64,000 bases of DNA from Synechococcus sp. (GCA_047284725.1 JBJBEO010000001.1:1496203-1560202), one strand, 5' to 3'. Shown: positions 49,952 through 59,770, numbered from the stretch's first letter. Numbers and translations: made by a program. The notes: a model not told the origin generated them from the sequence alone.

Positions 49952-50713
49952 ATGGCAATGGACACCACTTCATTCGAAATTCAGCCAATCATTGACCTGA
50001 ACTCCAGCAGAGTTTGCGGTGGTGAAATTCTTTGGAGACCCTCAGGCTCACCACCCAGCAAAGAAGCCCTCGAAGAGCTTGAAGACGATCCGAAACTGAA
50101 TGTAGACGTAACAAAAAATGCTTTGATTTTAGCGTTGAACACATTAAGCAGAATTCAATCAGATGCATGGCTATCTATCAACTTTCCAACTAAATACATT
50201 GGCAACGGCGCACGGTTTTTTAAATCTGTTTCCAAAGAACTGAACGATTTTGACCTTCTTCGAAGAAAGGTAGGCAAGCGACTTGTCCTGGAATTATCCG
50301 AGAATGACACAGAGTCCATAAGCAACATTGAGCTGTTGGATCAACTCTCAGAAACCCACTCCATCGCCATTGATGATTTTGGAACGGGAACGGCTCCCCT
50401 AACCCACATGTTGAAAGTTGATTTCGACAAAGTTAAAGTTGATCGATCAATCATCAGCGGCTGTGACGTCGACTCTCGAAAGCAACGCTTTCTCAATTGG
50501 CTGATCGGCGGTTGCCATTCGATTGGGGTCAGCGTTTGCACTGAGGGTGTCGAGACCACCTCGGAACTGTCGTTCCTCAAACGCGCAGGAGCGGATACTG
50601 GCCAAGGCTATTTATGGTCCAAGTCAATTGCAGTTGAAGATTTTGAAAATCTGGCTGTTCCAGCTCAAAGTGTCGCCGTTTCTCTCGGACAGGTCATTGG
50701 CATCAATCAGTGA
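49952..50713 (+). CDS. Stand-alone EAL-domain protein
   Basis: QPI, EIL, SIN, LELSE, DDFGTG, KVD, TEGVET and QGYL. Confidence 0.88.
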   Translation: MAMDTTSFEIQPIIDLNSSRVCGGEILWRPSGSPPSKEALEELEDDPKLNVDVTKNALILALNTLSRIQSDAWLSINFPTKYIGNGARFFKSVSKELNDFDLLRRKVGKRLVLELSENDTESISNIELLDQLSETHSIAIDDFGTGTAPLTHMLKVDFDKVKVDRSIISGCDVDSRKQRFLNWLIGGCHSIGVSVCTEGVETTSELSFLKRAGADTGQGYLWSKSIAVEDFENLAVPAQSVAVSLGQVIGINQ

Positions 50714-50745
50714 TCACAGGAGTGGGAACATCCATTCATTTTCAA

Positions 50746-52281
50746 TCATAAACCGAGCTCTTTCAACAACTCAGCCTGCGCTTTTTTCCCAGTGATTGCA
50801 TGAGCAGCCATCGCACCACTGGCTGCCACAGGAGGGATCCCAATCCCAGGAAACGTACTGGCTCCGCAGCGGAGAAGTCCTGACAGAGGGGTCGTCACAC
50901 CGGGGAACAATCCCTCCCGCGCGGACAGGGCAGGGCCATAGCTGCCCACGTGGGCATTGAGAAAGTGTCGATGGGTGAGCGGCGTCGCTTCCATCACCAC
51001 CTGACAGCGCTCGCGAAGGTCGGGAATCTTCCGTTCGAGGACAGACCAGAACAGCTGACAGCGGTCTTTCTTGTGCTGTTGATAGGTCGGCGTTCCTCGC
51101 TTCAGCTCAGCCCATTCAGACCAGGGCTCACTGGCAGGGGTATAGGCATGAAGCACGTGATGCCCCTCAGGAGCCATCGACGCATCGAGAACGGAGGGAA
51201 TCGACACCACAGCAGTGTTTTGCTCCGCATCAATAGGCCGCTGCCAATCCCCCACCCACACCTGATGCAGGGGCAACGGAGCAAGACCGCTGGCGTCGAA
51301 GCCAAGGTGCAAATGAAGAAATGATCCACAGGCGGGGGTCGACTCCAGCTGCTGGCGCCACTGGAGCACCGCAGAGTCGGGTAGAAGAGCCGCTGTGCCC
51401 CAGGCATCGACATTGCTCACCACATGATCAGCCCGCAACAGCTCGCCGTTACTGAGCTCCACGCCACAGACCCGGTCGCCATTCAAACAAAGACGGCGAA
51501 CACGCACACCACAACGCACACTGCCGCCATGGCGTTCCAGCCCTCGTACCAGAGCCTGCACCACAGCAGCACTGCCTCCCTTGGGGTAATCCAGGCAGGA
51601 GTCGGGTTCAAACCACTGGGCAAACAAGCTGGCCATCGCCGCAGCATTGGTGTGCTGCATGGACATGCCACTGATCAGAAAGCAGAGCAGGTCAACCCAA
51701 TGCCGCAGGAACGGATCCTGTAGGTGACGGTCCACGAGGGGGCCGAAAGCACCGTTGAGGTGTCTAAGAGCCGGGAGGTGAGGTAACAAACGGCCTCCAC
51801 GCTTCAGCAGAGCGCCCATCGCATCGACGCGAGGAGGCAACGCCAAGAGAGGCAACGCATCGGCAGCCGCAGCCACAGGACGAAGCCGGTCACAGAAACG
51901 GCGCCACTCCTCAAGCACGGCCCTGCCCCTCAGATCCTGCACCACTGCCTCAAACCCTGCGCTGCCCACGCCGATGCGCAGATCCCCTTCGGGGAACAGC
52001 ACATCCCAATCGCGGTATTGGATCACCTCCAGGGGTTGGTCGAGCGCCCGCAGAATCTGAGCCAAGGGATTCGTGCTGGGCCAGCGATGAAGCCCACTCC
52101 ACAAGGAAGGGCCTGATTCGAAGTGATAACCGGACCGCTCGAAGCCATGGGCGGCTCCCCCCGGTTGCTGATGGGCTTCCAACACCACCACTTCATGGCC
52201 AGCGCGGGCCGTCAGGGCAGCGCAACACAGTCCACCAACACCGCTGCCGATCACCACAACCTCCGTGCTGTGGTCGCTCAT
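50746..52281 (-). CDS. Phytoene desaturase/carotenoid isomerase-family FAD oxidoreductase
   Basis: GSGVGG, FESGPSL, TPLTH and FPGIGIPPVAASG. Confidence 0.85.
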   Translation of the reverse strand: MSDHSTEVVVIGSGVGGLCCAALTARAGHEVVVLEAHQQPGGAAHGFERSGYHFESGPSLWSGLHRWPSTNPLAQILRALDQPLEVIQYRDWDVLFPEGDLRIGVGSAGFEAVVQDLRGRAVLEEWRRFCDRLRPVAAAADALPLLALPPRVDAMGALLKRGGRLLPHLPALRHLNGAFGPLVDRHLQDPFLRHWVDLLCFLISGMSMQHTNAAAMASLFAQWFEPDSCLDYPKGGSAAVVQALVRGLERHGGSVRCGVRVRRLCLNGDRVCGVELSNGELLRADHVVSNVDAWGTAALLPDSAVLQWRQQLESTPACGSFLHLHLGFDASGLAPLPLHQVWVGDWQRPIDAEQNTAVVSIPSVLDASMAPEGHHVLHAYTPASEPWSEWAELKRGTPTYQQHKKDRCQLFWSVLERKIPDLRERCQVVMEATPLTHRHFLNAHVGSYGPALSAREGLFPGVTTPLSGLLRCGASTFPGIGIPPVAASGAMAAHAITGKKAQAELLKELGL

Positions 52282-53402
52282 CCCGCCGATCCCCCTGACA
52301 TCGATCCATCAGAATCCAGCAACTGTCTGGCCAGAACCACGCCACTGCGAATGGCCCCCTGGGCAGAGGCAAACCCTGGGCCCTCAATCCAGTCGCCGCA
52401 GAAGCCAAGGCGAAGATGGGCATTCCACTGCAAGGCGCTTGGCAGAGGATGATCAAGAGGCAGGGCCGCACCCCATCGCATCACGCCCAGATCGATGGAG
52501 GATGCGACCGCTTTGGCCAATTCGGGCAGCGGTGCCAGCAGTTCAGAGAGAAGGGGAGCAGCATCTCCGAAACCATGAACCACCATCCCCAGACGCCCAT
52601 CCGCCTGGGGATGCAACACCAGGCGCTCCAGCTGCCAGCGAGCAGCCGCCCCTGGCGTCAACCAAATCTGACGGGGCCACGACACACATCCGCCGAAGGA
52701 ACACGCCAACATTCGATTCCAACGGGGTTCCATCTGAATCTTGGCAATGCATGCAAGGGTCTGATCAAGGAGTGGATCGATGCCCTCAGGAACCGCGTCC
52801 CGCAAGGGACAGGTCCTCAGGCCAAGCATGGCCAGAGAACGGGGATGAGCCAACAGGTTGCCGCTGAGCACCAACGCCCGAGCTCGAACCACCGTTGCCC
52901 CTTGGGCATCCTTGAGCAGCCAGCCACGCGACGAGTGCTGCAACGTCTCCACGCGCACCCCGAAGCAAGCGTCCACCCCCTCACCCGCCAAAGCGAGCAA
53001 CGTTGTCGCCACCGCTTCCATCGAGGGACGACCCCGCCAACGCTGGGTACCAGCCCCAAAGCGATCAACCTGTTCCCTGTGGTCAAGCCCCTCCTCGCCC
53101 AGCCAAAGATCAGCTGATGCCTCCAGCGAAATCACGCCGGCACGCTTGAGCACCTGCAGAAGCCCTTCACCTGGAGCATCGTGCTCATCACTCGGATGCC
53201 AGTGAAGGAGAGGCGCTCCATGGTCCAGACACCAGGAAGGATCCTCACGCCTCCTCCGGCTCGCTGCGCGTCCACCCGGTCCACGCCCTGCCTCCAAGAG
53301 GGTGGCTGTTCCCTTCCATCCCTCCATCTTCAGGGAGGCCAGCAAGGAAGTCGCCGAGAGACCAGCGCCGATCACAGCAAGGTCGCAGTCGCGACTGGTC
53401 AC
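52278..53402 (-). CDS. Renalase-like NAD/FAD-dependent oxidoreductase
   Basis: VIGAGLS, GRGPGGR, DHGA, RW and CGDW. Confidence 0.85.
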   Translation of the reverse strand: MTSRDCDLAVIGAGLSATSLLASLKMEGWKGTATLLEAGRGPGGRAASRRRREDPSWCLDHGAPLLHWHPSDEHDAPGEGLLQVLKRAGVISLEASADLWLGEEGLDHREQVDRFGAGTQRWRGRPSMEAVATTLLALAGEGVDACFGVRVETLQHSSRGWLLKDAQGATVVRARALVLSGNLLAHPRSLAMLGLRTCPLRDAVPEGIDPLLDQTLACIAKIQMEPRWNRMLACSFGGCVSWPRQIWLTPGAAARWQLERLVLHPQADGRLGMVVHGFGDAAPLLSELLAPLPELAKAVASSIDLGVMRWGAALPLDHPLPSALQWNAHLRLGFCGDWIEGPGFASAQGAIRSGVVLARQLLDSDGSMSGGSAG

Positions 53403-53464
53403 AGATGTAACCCTCCTCTGACAGGACCAAACGCTCCGCTCTTTATAAGGTGCGAATGATGTGA

Positions 53465-54235
53465 GTGAGTGCCATGCCAGCAGCTGAATCCGCAGGGAAG
53501 CGCTTGGTAGACGTGCTGCGTCATACACCTCCGCTGGTCTTGCCCATGCTTGTGCTCAGTGTTGGCCTGGTCACGGCAGGTTCGGTCGCCGTGCGTGGGA
53601 TTCGCACCGCCGCCGACACCATTACGGTGACCGGCGCCAGTACCGAGCGGATCACCAGCGATTACGTGGACTGGACCGTTGAAGTGAGAGGCAATGGCTC
53701 CAGTCAACAAGAGGCTTACCAGGCCCTTCAACCCCAGGTGCAACGCACGCTGGACTTCCTCAAAGCTCAGAAAGTGCCTGAAGAGGCGATCGAATTGGGG
53801 GTGATCCAGTCGAGCAGCGAAGACGTGCGGAATCGGGTGACTGGAGCGTTGATCACCACGCGATGGACCACCAGACAACCGATCCTGATCGGCACCAAGG
53901 ATGTGAATCTGATCCACAATGTCTCTCGGCAAATCGCCGACCTGGTGGGCCAGGGCGTCCCCCTCAACATCCGACCACCGGCCTACACCTTCACGCGCCT
54001 CTCAGAAAAACGGGTCGACATGCTGGCCAAAGCAACCGCCGATGCGAGGCGTCGAGCCACGGCGATCGCGCAGCAGGCTGGTTCGGGGATTGGCGCCATC
54101 ACTCAGGCCGACACAGGCACCTTTCAGATCACCGTTCCCAACTCCACAAGCATGAGTAGCTATGGCAGTTACGACACCAGAACAATCAGCAAAGACATCA
54201 CAGCGGTGATGGGTGTGACGTTCCGGGTTCAATGA
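53465..54235 (+). CDS. SIMPL-domain (DUF541) protein
   Basis: TM segment, TITVTGAS, ATADARRRA and G.FQIT. Confidence 0.85.
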   Translation: MSAMPAAESAGKRLVDVLRHTPPLVLPMLVLSVGLVTAGSVAVRGIRTAADTITVTGASTERITSDYVDWTVEVRGNGSSQQEAYQALQPQVQRTLDFLKAQKVPEEAIELGVIQSSSEDVRNRVTGALITTRWTTRQPILIGTKDVNLIHNVSRQIADLVGQGVPLNIRPPAYTFTRLSEKRVDMLAKATADARRRATAIAQQAGSGIGAITQADTGTFQITVPNSTSMSSYGSYDTRTISKDITAVMGVTFRVQ

Positions 54236-54807
54236 GCAACGATCCTGAAGACCTTCCCCCCTGGCGACCACTCCTGAAGGCAGCGCGCCAAAGGGAAGGC
54301 CGCTCCCCGATGAGCCGATGGTTGCAACTCGCCAGCGTCTCTGAAGACGGAAGCCCACGGGTCCGCACCCTTGTGTTTCGAGGCTGGTTCGACAACGACA
54401 CCCTTGAGCTGCTGACCGATCAACGCAGTGCCAAGGTGTCTGAATTGCAACACAACCCCAGACATGCGGTGTGCTGGCTGCTGCCAAAGGCCCGATGCCA
54501 GTTTCGTTTCAGGGGACAGCAACGCCAGCTTGACGCAGGCGTGGTGCGGCAACGCTGCCTTCACCACTGGGAGCAGCTGCGACCCGAAGGCCGAGCCCTG
54601 TGGGGATGGCCGGCGCCTGGCGCTCCTTTTGACCACGAAGCGACCTTTGCTCCAGCCATCGCCAATGGCACGCCCATGCCCGACCACTTCATGCTGCTCA
54701 GCCTTCAGATCACGGCTGTGGAACTCCTGGAATTGAGCGGCAACCCGCATCGACGACGACGCTGGCGCAGCGAAGATGACTGGATCGAACATCGTCTGAA
54801 CCCCTGA
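54232..54807 (+). CDS. Pyridoxamine 5'-phosphate oxidase-related FMN-binding protein
   Basis: QLAS, PRVRTLVFRG, TDQRSAK and C-terminal LNP. Confidence 0.88.
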   Translation: MSNDPEDLPPWRPLLKAARQREGRSPMSRWLQLASVSEDGSPRVRTLVFRGWFDNDTLELLTDQRSAKVSELQHNPRHAVCWLLPKARCQFRFRGQQRQLDAGVVRQRCLHHWEQLRPEGRALWGWPAPGAPFDHEATFAPAIANGTPMPDHFMLLSLQITAVELLELSGNPHRRRRWRSEDDWIEHRLNP

Positions 54808-55376
54808 ACCCCACCCCCACATCGCCTCGCCCACCTGGGCCATGGCCTCTGCTTCTTCCCCTGCTGCTGGTTGGCATCGCCTGGCTGCAGGAGTTGATTG
54901 ATGCCGTGCTGGTCGGCGGCCGATGGAACCTTGCGATCGGCCCAGGAACAGCCTGGTGGAGTTTGTTCACCGCTCCCTTCAGTCACAGCGGCATTGGCCA
55001 TCTGCTCACCAACACCCTGGCGTTTCTGCCTCTGAGCTATCTGGTGATCAGCCAGGGAATCCGTGCCTATGTCAGCGTCTGGATGGCCGTGATCGTGATG
55101 GAGATCCCGATCTGGTTGTTCTGGCCCCGAGGAAGCCATGGGTTGTCCGGAGTGGTGTATGGGCTGCTTGGCTATCTGGTGCTGCTGGGTTTGATTGAAC
55201 GACGTCTGATCAGCCTCGCAATGACGGTGATCGTTCTCAGCCTCTACGGCAGTGCACTGATTGGTCTGCTGCCCTGGGCCACACCAGCTGGGGTGAGTTG
55301 GGTCGGTCATTTCAGCGGATTTATCGGCGGAGCCTTCGCAGCAGCGGCTCTCGCCCGCGAACACCACAAGCCCTAA
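54804..55376 (+). CDS. Rhomboid intramembrane serine protease
   Basis: HLLTN, GLSG catalytic Ser, and GHFSG.IGG His. The start is probably a CTG overlapping the upstream stop. Confidence 0.85.
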   Translation: MNPTPTSPRPPGPWPLLLPLLLVGIAWLQELIDAVLVGGRWNLAIGPGTAWWSLFTAPFSHSGIGHLLTNTLAFLPLSYLVISQGIRAYVSVWMAVIVMEIPIWLFWPRGSHGLSGVVYGLLGYLVLLGLIERRLISLAMTVIVLSLYGSALIGLLPWATPAGVSWVGHFSGFIGGAFAAAALAREHHKP

Positions 55377-55380
55377 ACAC

Positions 55381-55911
55381 TCATCCCTCGCCAGGCACAG
55401 CACGCTCAACACACACACCCTCTGCCTTCAGGATCAAATCCTGCCGGGAGGTTTCCTGGATCGCTAAGTCCAGATGAACGGAACTCATCTGCTGGAGCAC
55501 AAACGACATGCGCTTGACATCCACTTCCACTTGGCCCTCGGTCCGTAAACGCCCAAAGGGGGTGGGCTCCCCATCAGGGGGATTGGGAGGCAACACCATC
55601 AATGGGTGCTCGTAGCCAAAATCGAGAACCACGCGATCACCCTCGACATGAGGGATGCCGTCGGTGAGATGCAGGAGATCTGCCCGAGGATTCGCAAGAT
55701 TGCGCGGAGTCAGGCTCAGGGGCACCCCACCATCGGCATAGGTGAGTGTGAACTCAGACTTGTCGACCTTGACGTCACTTGGGTCAACGGCCTCTCCATT
55801 GGCTGTGACCGAATGCGGGTCAATCGTGCAGCGGTGAAGAAAGGCCGGAGGCAAAGCCACAGCCTCCGATTGGGGCGACTGAGCCAACATCCAAACAGCA
55901 ACCCAGCTCAC
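55381..55911 (-). CDS. Hypothetical protein
   Basis: Protein-like ORF with an ATGA overlap with the upstream gene. Confidence 0.65.
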   Translation of the reverse strand: MSWVAVWMLAQSPQSEAVALPPAFLHRCTIDPHSVTANGEAVDPSDVKVDKSEFTLTYADGGVPLSLTPRNLANPRADLLHLTDGIPHVEGDRVVLDFGYEHPLMVLPPNPPDGEPTPFGRLRTEGQVEVDVKRMSFVLQQMSSVHLDLAIQETSRQDLILKAEGVCVERAVPGEG

Positions 55912-56120
55912 GACTCATCCTGTGGGAGGAATCGACTCGAAAGGCGCACGGCAAGCACCGCCAGCGCTGCGCCATAGGCAATAAACGTTGAAGCTTGTCC
56001 AAAGGAGCCAGTGCTGTAGACCTCGCCTTTCAGCAACACCCAGTCGATCAACGATGCCACTGTCCCCCAGAGCATCACCCACACCGACACGTAGAGCACA
56101 CCACGGACGACGGGACGCAT
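55908..56120 (-). CDS. Small two-TM membrane protein
   Basis: WVMLWGTVASLID...Y..GS.GQ. Confidence 0.7.
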   Translation of the reverse strand: MRPVVRGVLYVSVWVMLWGTVASLIDWVLLKGEVYSTGSFGQASTFIAYGAALAVLAVRLSSRFLPQDES

Positions 56121-56172
56121 GACAACCAAGCAGTGGAAGCGACCTTAAGAGACGAAAGCAGCGATGGGATCA

Positions 56173-56388
56173 TCAGCCGCCTTCCATCGACTGCTGATGG
56201 CTGTGCTGGCGATAAAGATCACTGACAGGCTCCTGTCCTGAAGACGGCGCTGTCGGAGCCTGCTTGGCACGGCACCCACTGGAGTGGGGATCATCGTCTT
56301 GATCAAACTCGCGATCTTCCTTTTCAAGAGCACGGGCAAACGCATCCTTGAAAGGCTCTGACTGCCTTGATCGGCGAGGGAATGGCAT
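56173..56388 (-). CDS. Small hypothetical protein
   Basis: C-terminal LYRQHSHQQSMEGG, co-oriented with neighbours. Confidence 0.55.
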   Translation of the reverse strand: MPFPRRSRQSEPFKDAFARALEKEDREFDQDDDPHSSGCRAKQAPTAPSSGQEPVSDLYRQHSHQQSMEGG

Positions 56389-56426
56389 GAGAGGCAACGG
56401 TCAATCGTCTGGATGAACCTCTTGCG

Positions 56427-56615
56427 CTAGGGGCTGGGACGCTGCGGATGACGACTGGAGAGATCACAACCGAACTCACAGCTCGTTAATCCCTGTGCTT
56501 CTGGATCAGCGCTCTCGAGCTTGTGAAGGATCTGGCGCAGATCAGCTCCTGCCAATTCACCGTTGGCTTCCCACTTCAAACTTGTGCCACGACGCGGGCT
56601 TCCAGCGTTAGCCAT
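56427..56615 (-). CDS. Small conserved hypothetical protein
   Basis: LKWEANGELA..DL..IL. Confidence 0.6.
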   Translation of the reverse strand: MANAGSPRRGTSLKWEANGELAGADLRQILHKLESADPEAQGLTSCEFGCDLSSRHPQRPSP

Positions 56616-56699
56616 GGTTCATCGATGGGCCCTTCACTCTGAGGGAGCACCGAGGGGAACCAAGAGGACAAGGAGAATCCTTAACCGAAGTTAAAAACA

Positions 56700-56713
56700 G
56701 TAGCGATAGCTAC
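56700..56713. promoter_or_regulatory. NtcA-binding site candidate
   Basis: GTAGCGATAGCTAC fits GTA-N8-TAC, in a divergent intergenic region. Confidence 0.6.
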
Positions 56714-56770
56714 ATAAGTCATGCTGTCTGCCTTCGAGGCCTAGGTTCGCCAGCCGCAGCGGACCGCAGC

Positions 56771-57424
56771 ATGAAGAAGCAGGAGCGGGCCGATCGCGTG
56801 CTCGAACGACTGAGCCAGGCCTACCCAGAGCCCCCAATCCCCCTCGACCACAGCGACCCTTTCACCCTGCTGATTGCCGTGCTACTCAGCGCACAGTGCA
56901 CCGACAAGAAGGTGAATGAGGTCACACCGGCCCTCTTTGCGGCTGGACCGACCCCCCAGGCCATGGCCGACCTTGATGAGGACGCGATCCTGCAGCACAT
57001 CCGCCAGCTCGGCCTGGCCAGAACCAAATCCCGCAACGTTAAAAAGCTGTCCCAGATCCTTGTGGCCGTCCATGACGGGGACGTGCCCGCGAGCTTCGAC
57101 GAACTCGAAGCACTGCCAGGCGTCGGCCATAAAACCGCCAGCGTCGTCATGGCGCAGGCTTTCGGCGTGCCCGCCTTCCCTGTCGACACCCACATCCACC
57201 GTCTTGCTCAGCGGTGGGGACTCAGCACAGGCGAAAGCGTTCAGCGCACCGAACAAGACCTCAAGTCACTGTTCCCCGAAGAGAGCTGGAACAGGCTTCA
57301 CCTGCAGATCATCTTTTACGGCCGCGAGCACTGCACAGCCCGGGGCTGCGACGGCACCGTCTGCCCACTCTGCAGGGAGCTCTACCCGAAGCGGAGAAAA
57401 CCGTTCATCCACCGGAAGGCCTAG
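56771..57424 (+). CDS. nth: Endonuclease III
   Basis: LLSAQCTD, LPGVGHKTA (HhH), VDTHIHR and a C-terminal Cys cluster. Confidence 0.95.
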   Translation: MKKQERADRVLERLSQAYPEPPIPLDHSDPFTLLIAVLLSAQCTDKKVNEVTPALFAAGPTPQAMADLDEDAILQHIRQLGLARTKSRNVKKLSQILVAVHDGDVPASFDELEALPGVGHKTASVVMAQAFGVPAFPVDTHIHRLAQRWGLSTGESVQRTEQDLKSLFPEESWNRLHLQIIFYGREHCTARGCDGTVCPLCRELYPKRRKPFIHRKA

Positions 57425-57449
57425 AAGCAGCCACAAACCTTCAAGAACC

Positions 57450-57467
57450 GTTACAATAAGAAACAAC
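57450..57467 (+). promoter_or_regulatory. HLR1-like (RpaB) element before hli
   Basis: GTTACAAT-AA-GAAACAAC resembles the HLR1 direct repeat. Confidence 0.45.
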
Positions 57468-57479
57468 AACGGAGCGACC

Positions 57480-57716
57480 ATGGCCAACCCACAAGCAAGC
57501 GACAAATGGTTCCAGGACAGCGCAGCTCGCGCGATTCATCAGGAACAGCTCACCCGGGCTGAGCGCTTCAACGGCCGCGCTGCCATGCTCGGCTTCGTGA
57601 TCGGCATCCTCACAGAAGCCCTCACTGGGCAGGGAATCATCCATCAGATTGGGCTTGGCCCCTTGGTGGATGGCTATGCAGCCTGCAGCACCAAGTTGCT
57701 TCCATTCTGTTTCTGA
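57480..57716 (+). CDS. hli: High-light inducible protein
   Basis: AERFNGRAAMLGF...EALTGQG. Confidence 0.92.
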   Translation: MANPQASDKWFQDSAARAIHQEQLTRAERFNGRAAMLGFVIGILTEALTGQGIIHQIGLGPLVDGYAACSTKLLPFCF

Positions 57717-57782
57717 ACCACTCCATAGCACCCAATGATCCGTTGAAGCCGGCGTAGGGTTGCCGGCTCCGACGACCTTGGG

Positions 57783-58052
57783 ATGGCTCGCAAGAGGCGC
57801 AAGCTGAACAAAGAGATGGAAGCGCAGATCGTGGCTGCGCACAAAAAAGTCGAATTCATCTCGGCGATGATTCGGGACATCACCGAAGAAGACATTCAGA
57901 ACGAATACGCCGAAGCCTTCGCTCAGGTGCACATGGCTGTCAAGCATCTCGATGAGTTGTACAAACTTGAAGGATTCACCGAGGAGAGCGAGGCGACCCT
58001 CACGCTCTACAACGGCCTGCTAGCAAGCTTCGAGGAAGAATACGAGCTTTAA
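57783..58052 (+). CDS. Conserved hypothetical helical protein
   Basis: Basic N-terminus, acidic C-terminus and KVEFISA.IRDI. Confidence 0.75.
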   Translation: MARKRRKLNKEMEAQIVAAHKKVEFISAMIRDITEEDIQNEYAEAFAQVHMAVKHLDELYKLEGFTEESEATLTLYNGLLASFEEEYEL

Positions 58053-58163
58053 CTTGATCAATTCAGGTTCGATCAGCTTGCAACAATCAGCTTTCAGCAT
58101 CTGATCAATCCCCCCGAATCCAGTACAACCAAAAAGTCTTTTTCTAGGACTGGAGGTTTAACG

Positions 58164-58691
58164 ATGGCTTCAGACACTGAGCAGGGGCAGACGTCGGGCA
58201 TGCACTGGTTGACCCTCGCCCTTGCCTGTCGTTGGCCTCTGGCTGTTGTGTTGAGTGCATGGGCGCTGGCTGTAGCTGCCATCCAGATCCTGCGGGAACC
58301 CATTCCAATCGCCCTCCCACAAGACAGACCATTCCCCGTTCGACTGGTCGGCGACCTCAACATCGATTCGCTCAAACAACCGGTGAGCATCCTGGGTTCA
58401 GAAGCGCTCAGGATCGAGACCGCTGGCCCCCTTCCTGTCTCGGGAGATGTCGCGGTACAAGCGGATGTCGATGTAGCCAATGATGTCAACATCAAAGGCA
58501 ACGTCTCAGTGGACGAGGTCAGTGAACCAGTCACCGTGCAGGGTGACGATGGTGGTCCAGTGTTGGTGGGCTCAAGTGCAGATCAACCCGTGAGGGTTGA
58601 CGTTGATGGCGCCGTGAGTGTGAATCAGGTGGCAGGAAAAATCAGCGTGCAGCTGCGCGATGCTGCCAAATCCCTGCTGCCCATTCCCTGA
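58164..58691 (+). CDS. Membrane-anchored Val-rich repeat protein
   Basis: N-terminal TM segment followed by repeated PVxV/GxVxV strands. Confidence 0.7.
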   Translation: MASDTEQGQTSGMHWLTLALACRWPLAVVLSAWALAVAAIQILREPIPIALPQDRPFPVRLVGDLNIDSLKQPVSILGSEALRIETAGPLPVSGDVAVQADVDVANDVNIKGNVSVDEVSEPVTVQGDDGGPVLVGSSADQPVRVDVDGAVSVNQVAGKISVQLRDAAKSLLPIP

Positions 58692-59530
58692 TGACTGAGC
58701 TCACCGCAGAGATGCAGGCCTCATTGTCATCGCTTCGATTAGCCGTCGTCGGCCATCAGGAGTGGGTCACGTTTCTGCAAGTGGATGCACTTCCCACACC
58801 TGGGAGAATCAGTCGATCGCTTCGAAGCCTCGAGGAGCCGGCAGGCGCCGGAGCGGTTGCAGCCGTGCAGCTGGCTCGACTCACGGGTCGGAGAATCCCC
58901 TTCTTCACCGCCCTTGGGCGTGATGCGATCGGTGAACAGAGCATCAGGCGATTGGTCGACTTGGGGGTTGACCCTCACGTCGCCTGGAGGGATCGCCCCA
59001 GTCGGCGCGGCATCAGCCTGGTCGATGACGGCGGGGATCGTGCCATCACGGTGATTGGTGAACGTCACAGTCCTTATTCCACCGACCCCCTGCCGTGGAA
59101 TCTTCTGGATCAATGCGATGGCGTATTCGTCTCAGCCACCGATGCCGATGGTCTGCGACTGGCCAGAAAAGCCCGTGTCCTCACTGCCACCCCTCGGCTT
59201 CGCTTGCCTGTGCTTCAAGAAGCAGCTGTCTGCCTGGATGCCCTGATCGGTAGCGCTCTCGATCCGAGCGAACAGATCGAGGTTGCGCGCCTGAATCCCA
59301 CCCCTCGTCTCACGATTGCCACGGAAGGAGCGAACGGTGGATGCCTTCACCCCGGCGGCAGATATGAAGCCTCCCCCGCGCCAAGCCCAACCCAGGAGTC
59401 GTACGGGTGTGGCGACAGTTTTGCTGCAGGCGTGACAGCAGGTCTGGCCGGAGGCTGGCGACCACACGATGCTGTACGCCTGGGGGCACACTGTGGGGCG
59501 GAATGCGTGACTCGATTCGGACCCTATTGA
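58691..59530 (+). CDS. PfkB-family carbohydrate kinase
   Basis: LGRDAIG, TEGANG and SYGCGDSFAAG. Confidence 0.88.
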   Translation: MTELTAEMQASLSSLRLAVVGHQEWVTFLQVDALPTPGRISRSLRSLEEPAGAGAVAAVQLARLTGRRIPFFTALGRDAIGEQSIRRLVDLGVDPHVAWRDRPSRRGISLVDDGGDRAITVIGERHSPYSTDPLPWNLLDQCDGVFVSATDADGLRLARKARVLTATPRLRLPVLQEAAVCLDALIGSALDPSEQIEVARLNPTPRLTIATEGANGGCLHPGGRYEASPAPSPTQESYGCGDSFAAGVTAGLAGGWRPHDAVRLGAHCGAECVTRFGPY

Positions 59531-59646
59531 TCGCCCTTCGGAACAAAAGCCTGAGACAATGCCACGAGAAGGCCTGCAATCAGCAGGGCGGGAAGAATCA
59601 CGGCGGGGCCGCCTGGAGCCGTCTGTGAGGCGAACAGCAGAGGCAT
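59524..59646 (-). CDS. 40-aa single-TM protein
   Basis: MPLLFASQTAPGGPAVILPALLIAGLLVALSQAFVPKGDQ. Confidence 0.5.
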   Translation of the reverse strand: MPLLFASQTAPGGPAVILPALLIAGLLVALSQAFVPKGDQ

Positions 59647-59744
59647 CACAATTTCAATTCTGATGAACGCAATCAGCCTGCCTGAAGAGGATGCCAACGG
59701 TGCAAGCGGCAACCATTTGTTATTGACACCAACGTGACGCCAAC

Positions 59745-59770
59745 AGCCCCCACTGAGAGCGGGGCTTTTT
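59745..59770 (+). terminator. Intrinsic terminator
   Basis: AGCCCC...GGGGCT followed by a T-tract. Confidence 0.6.
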
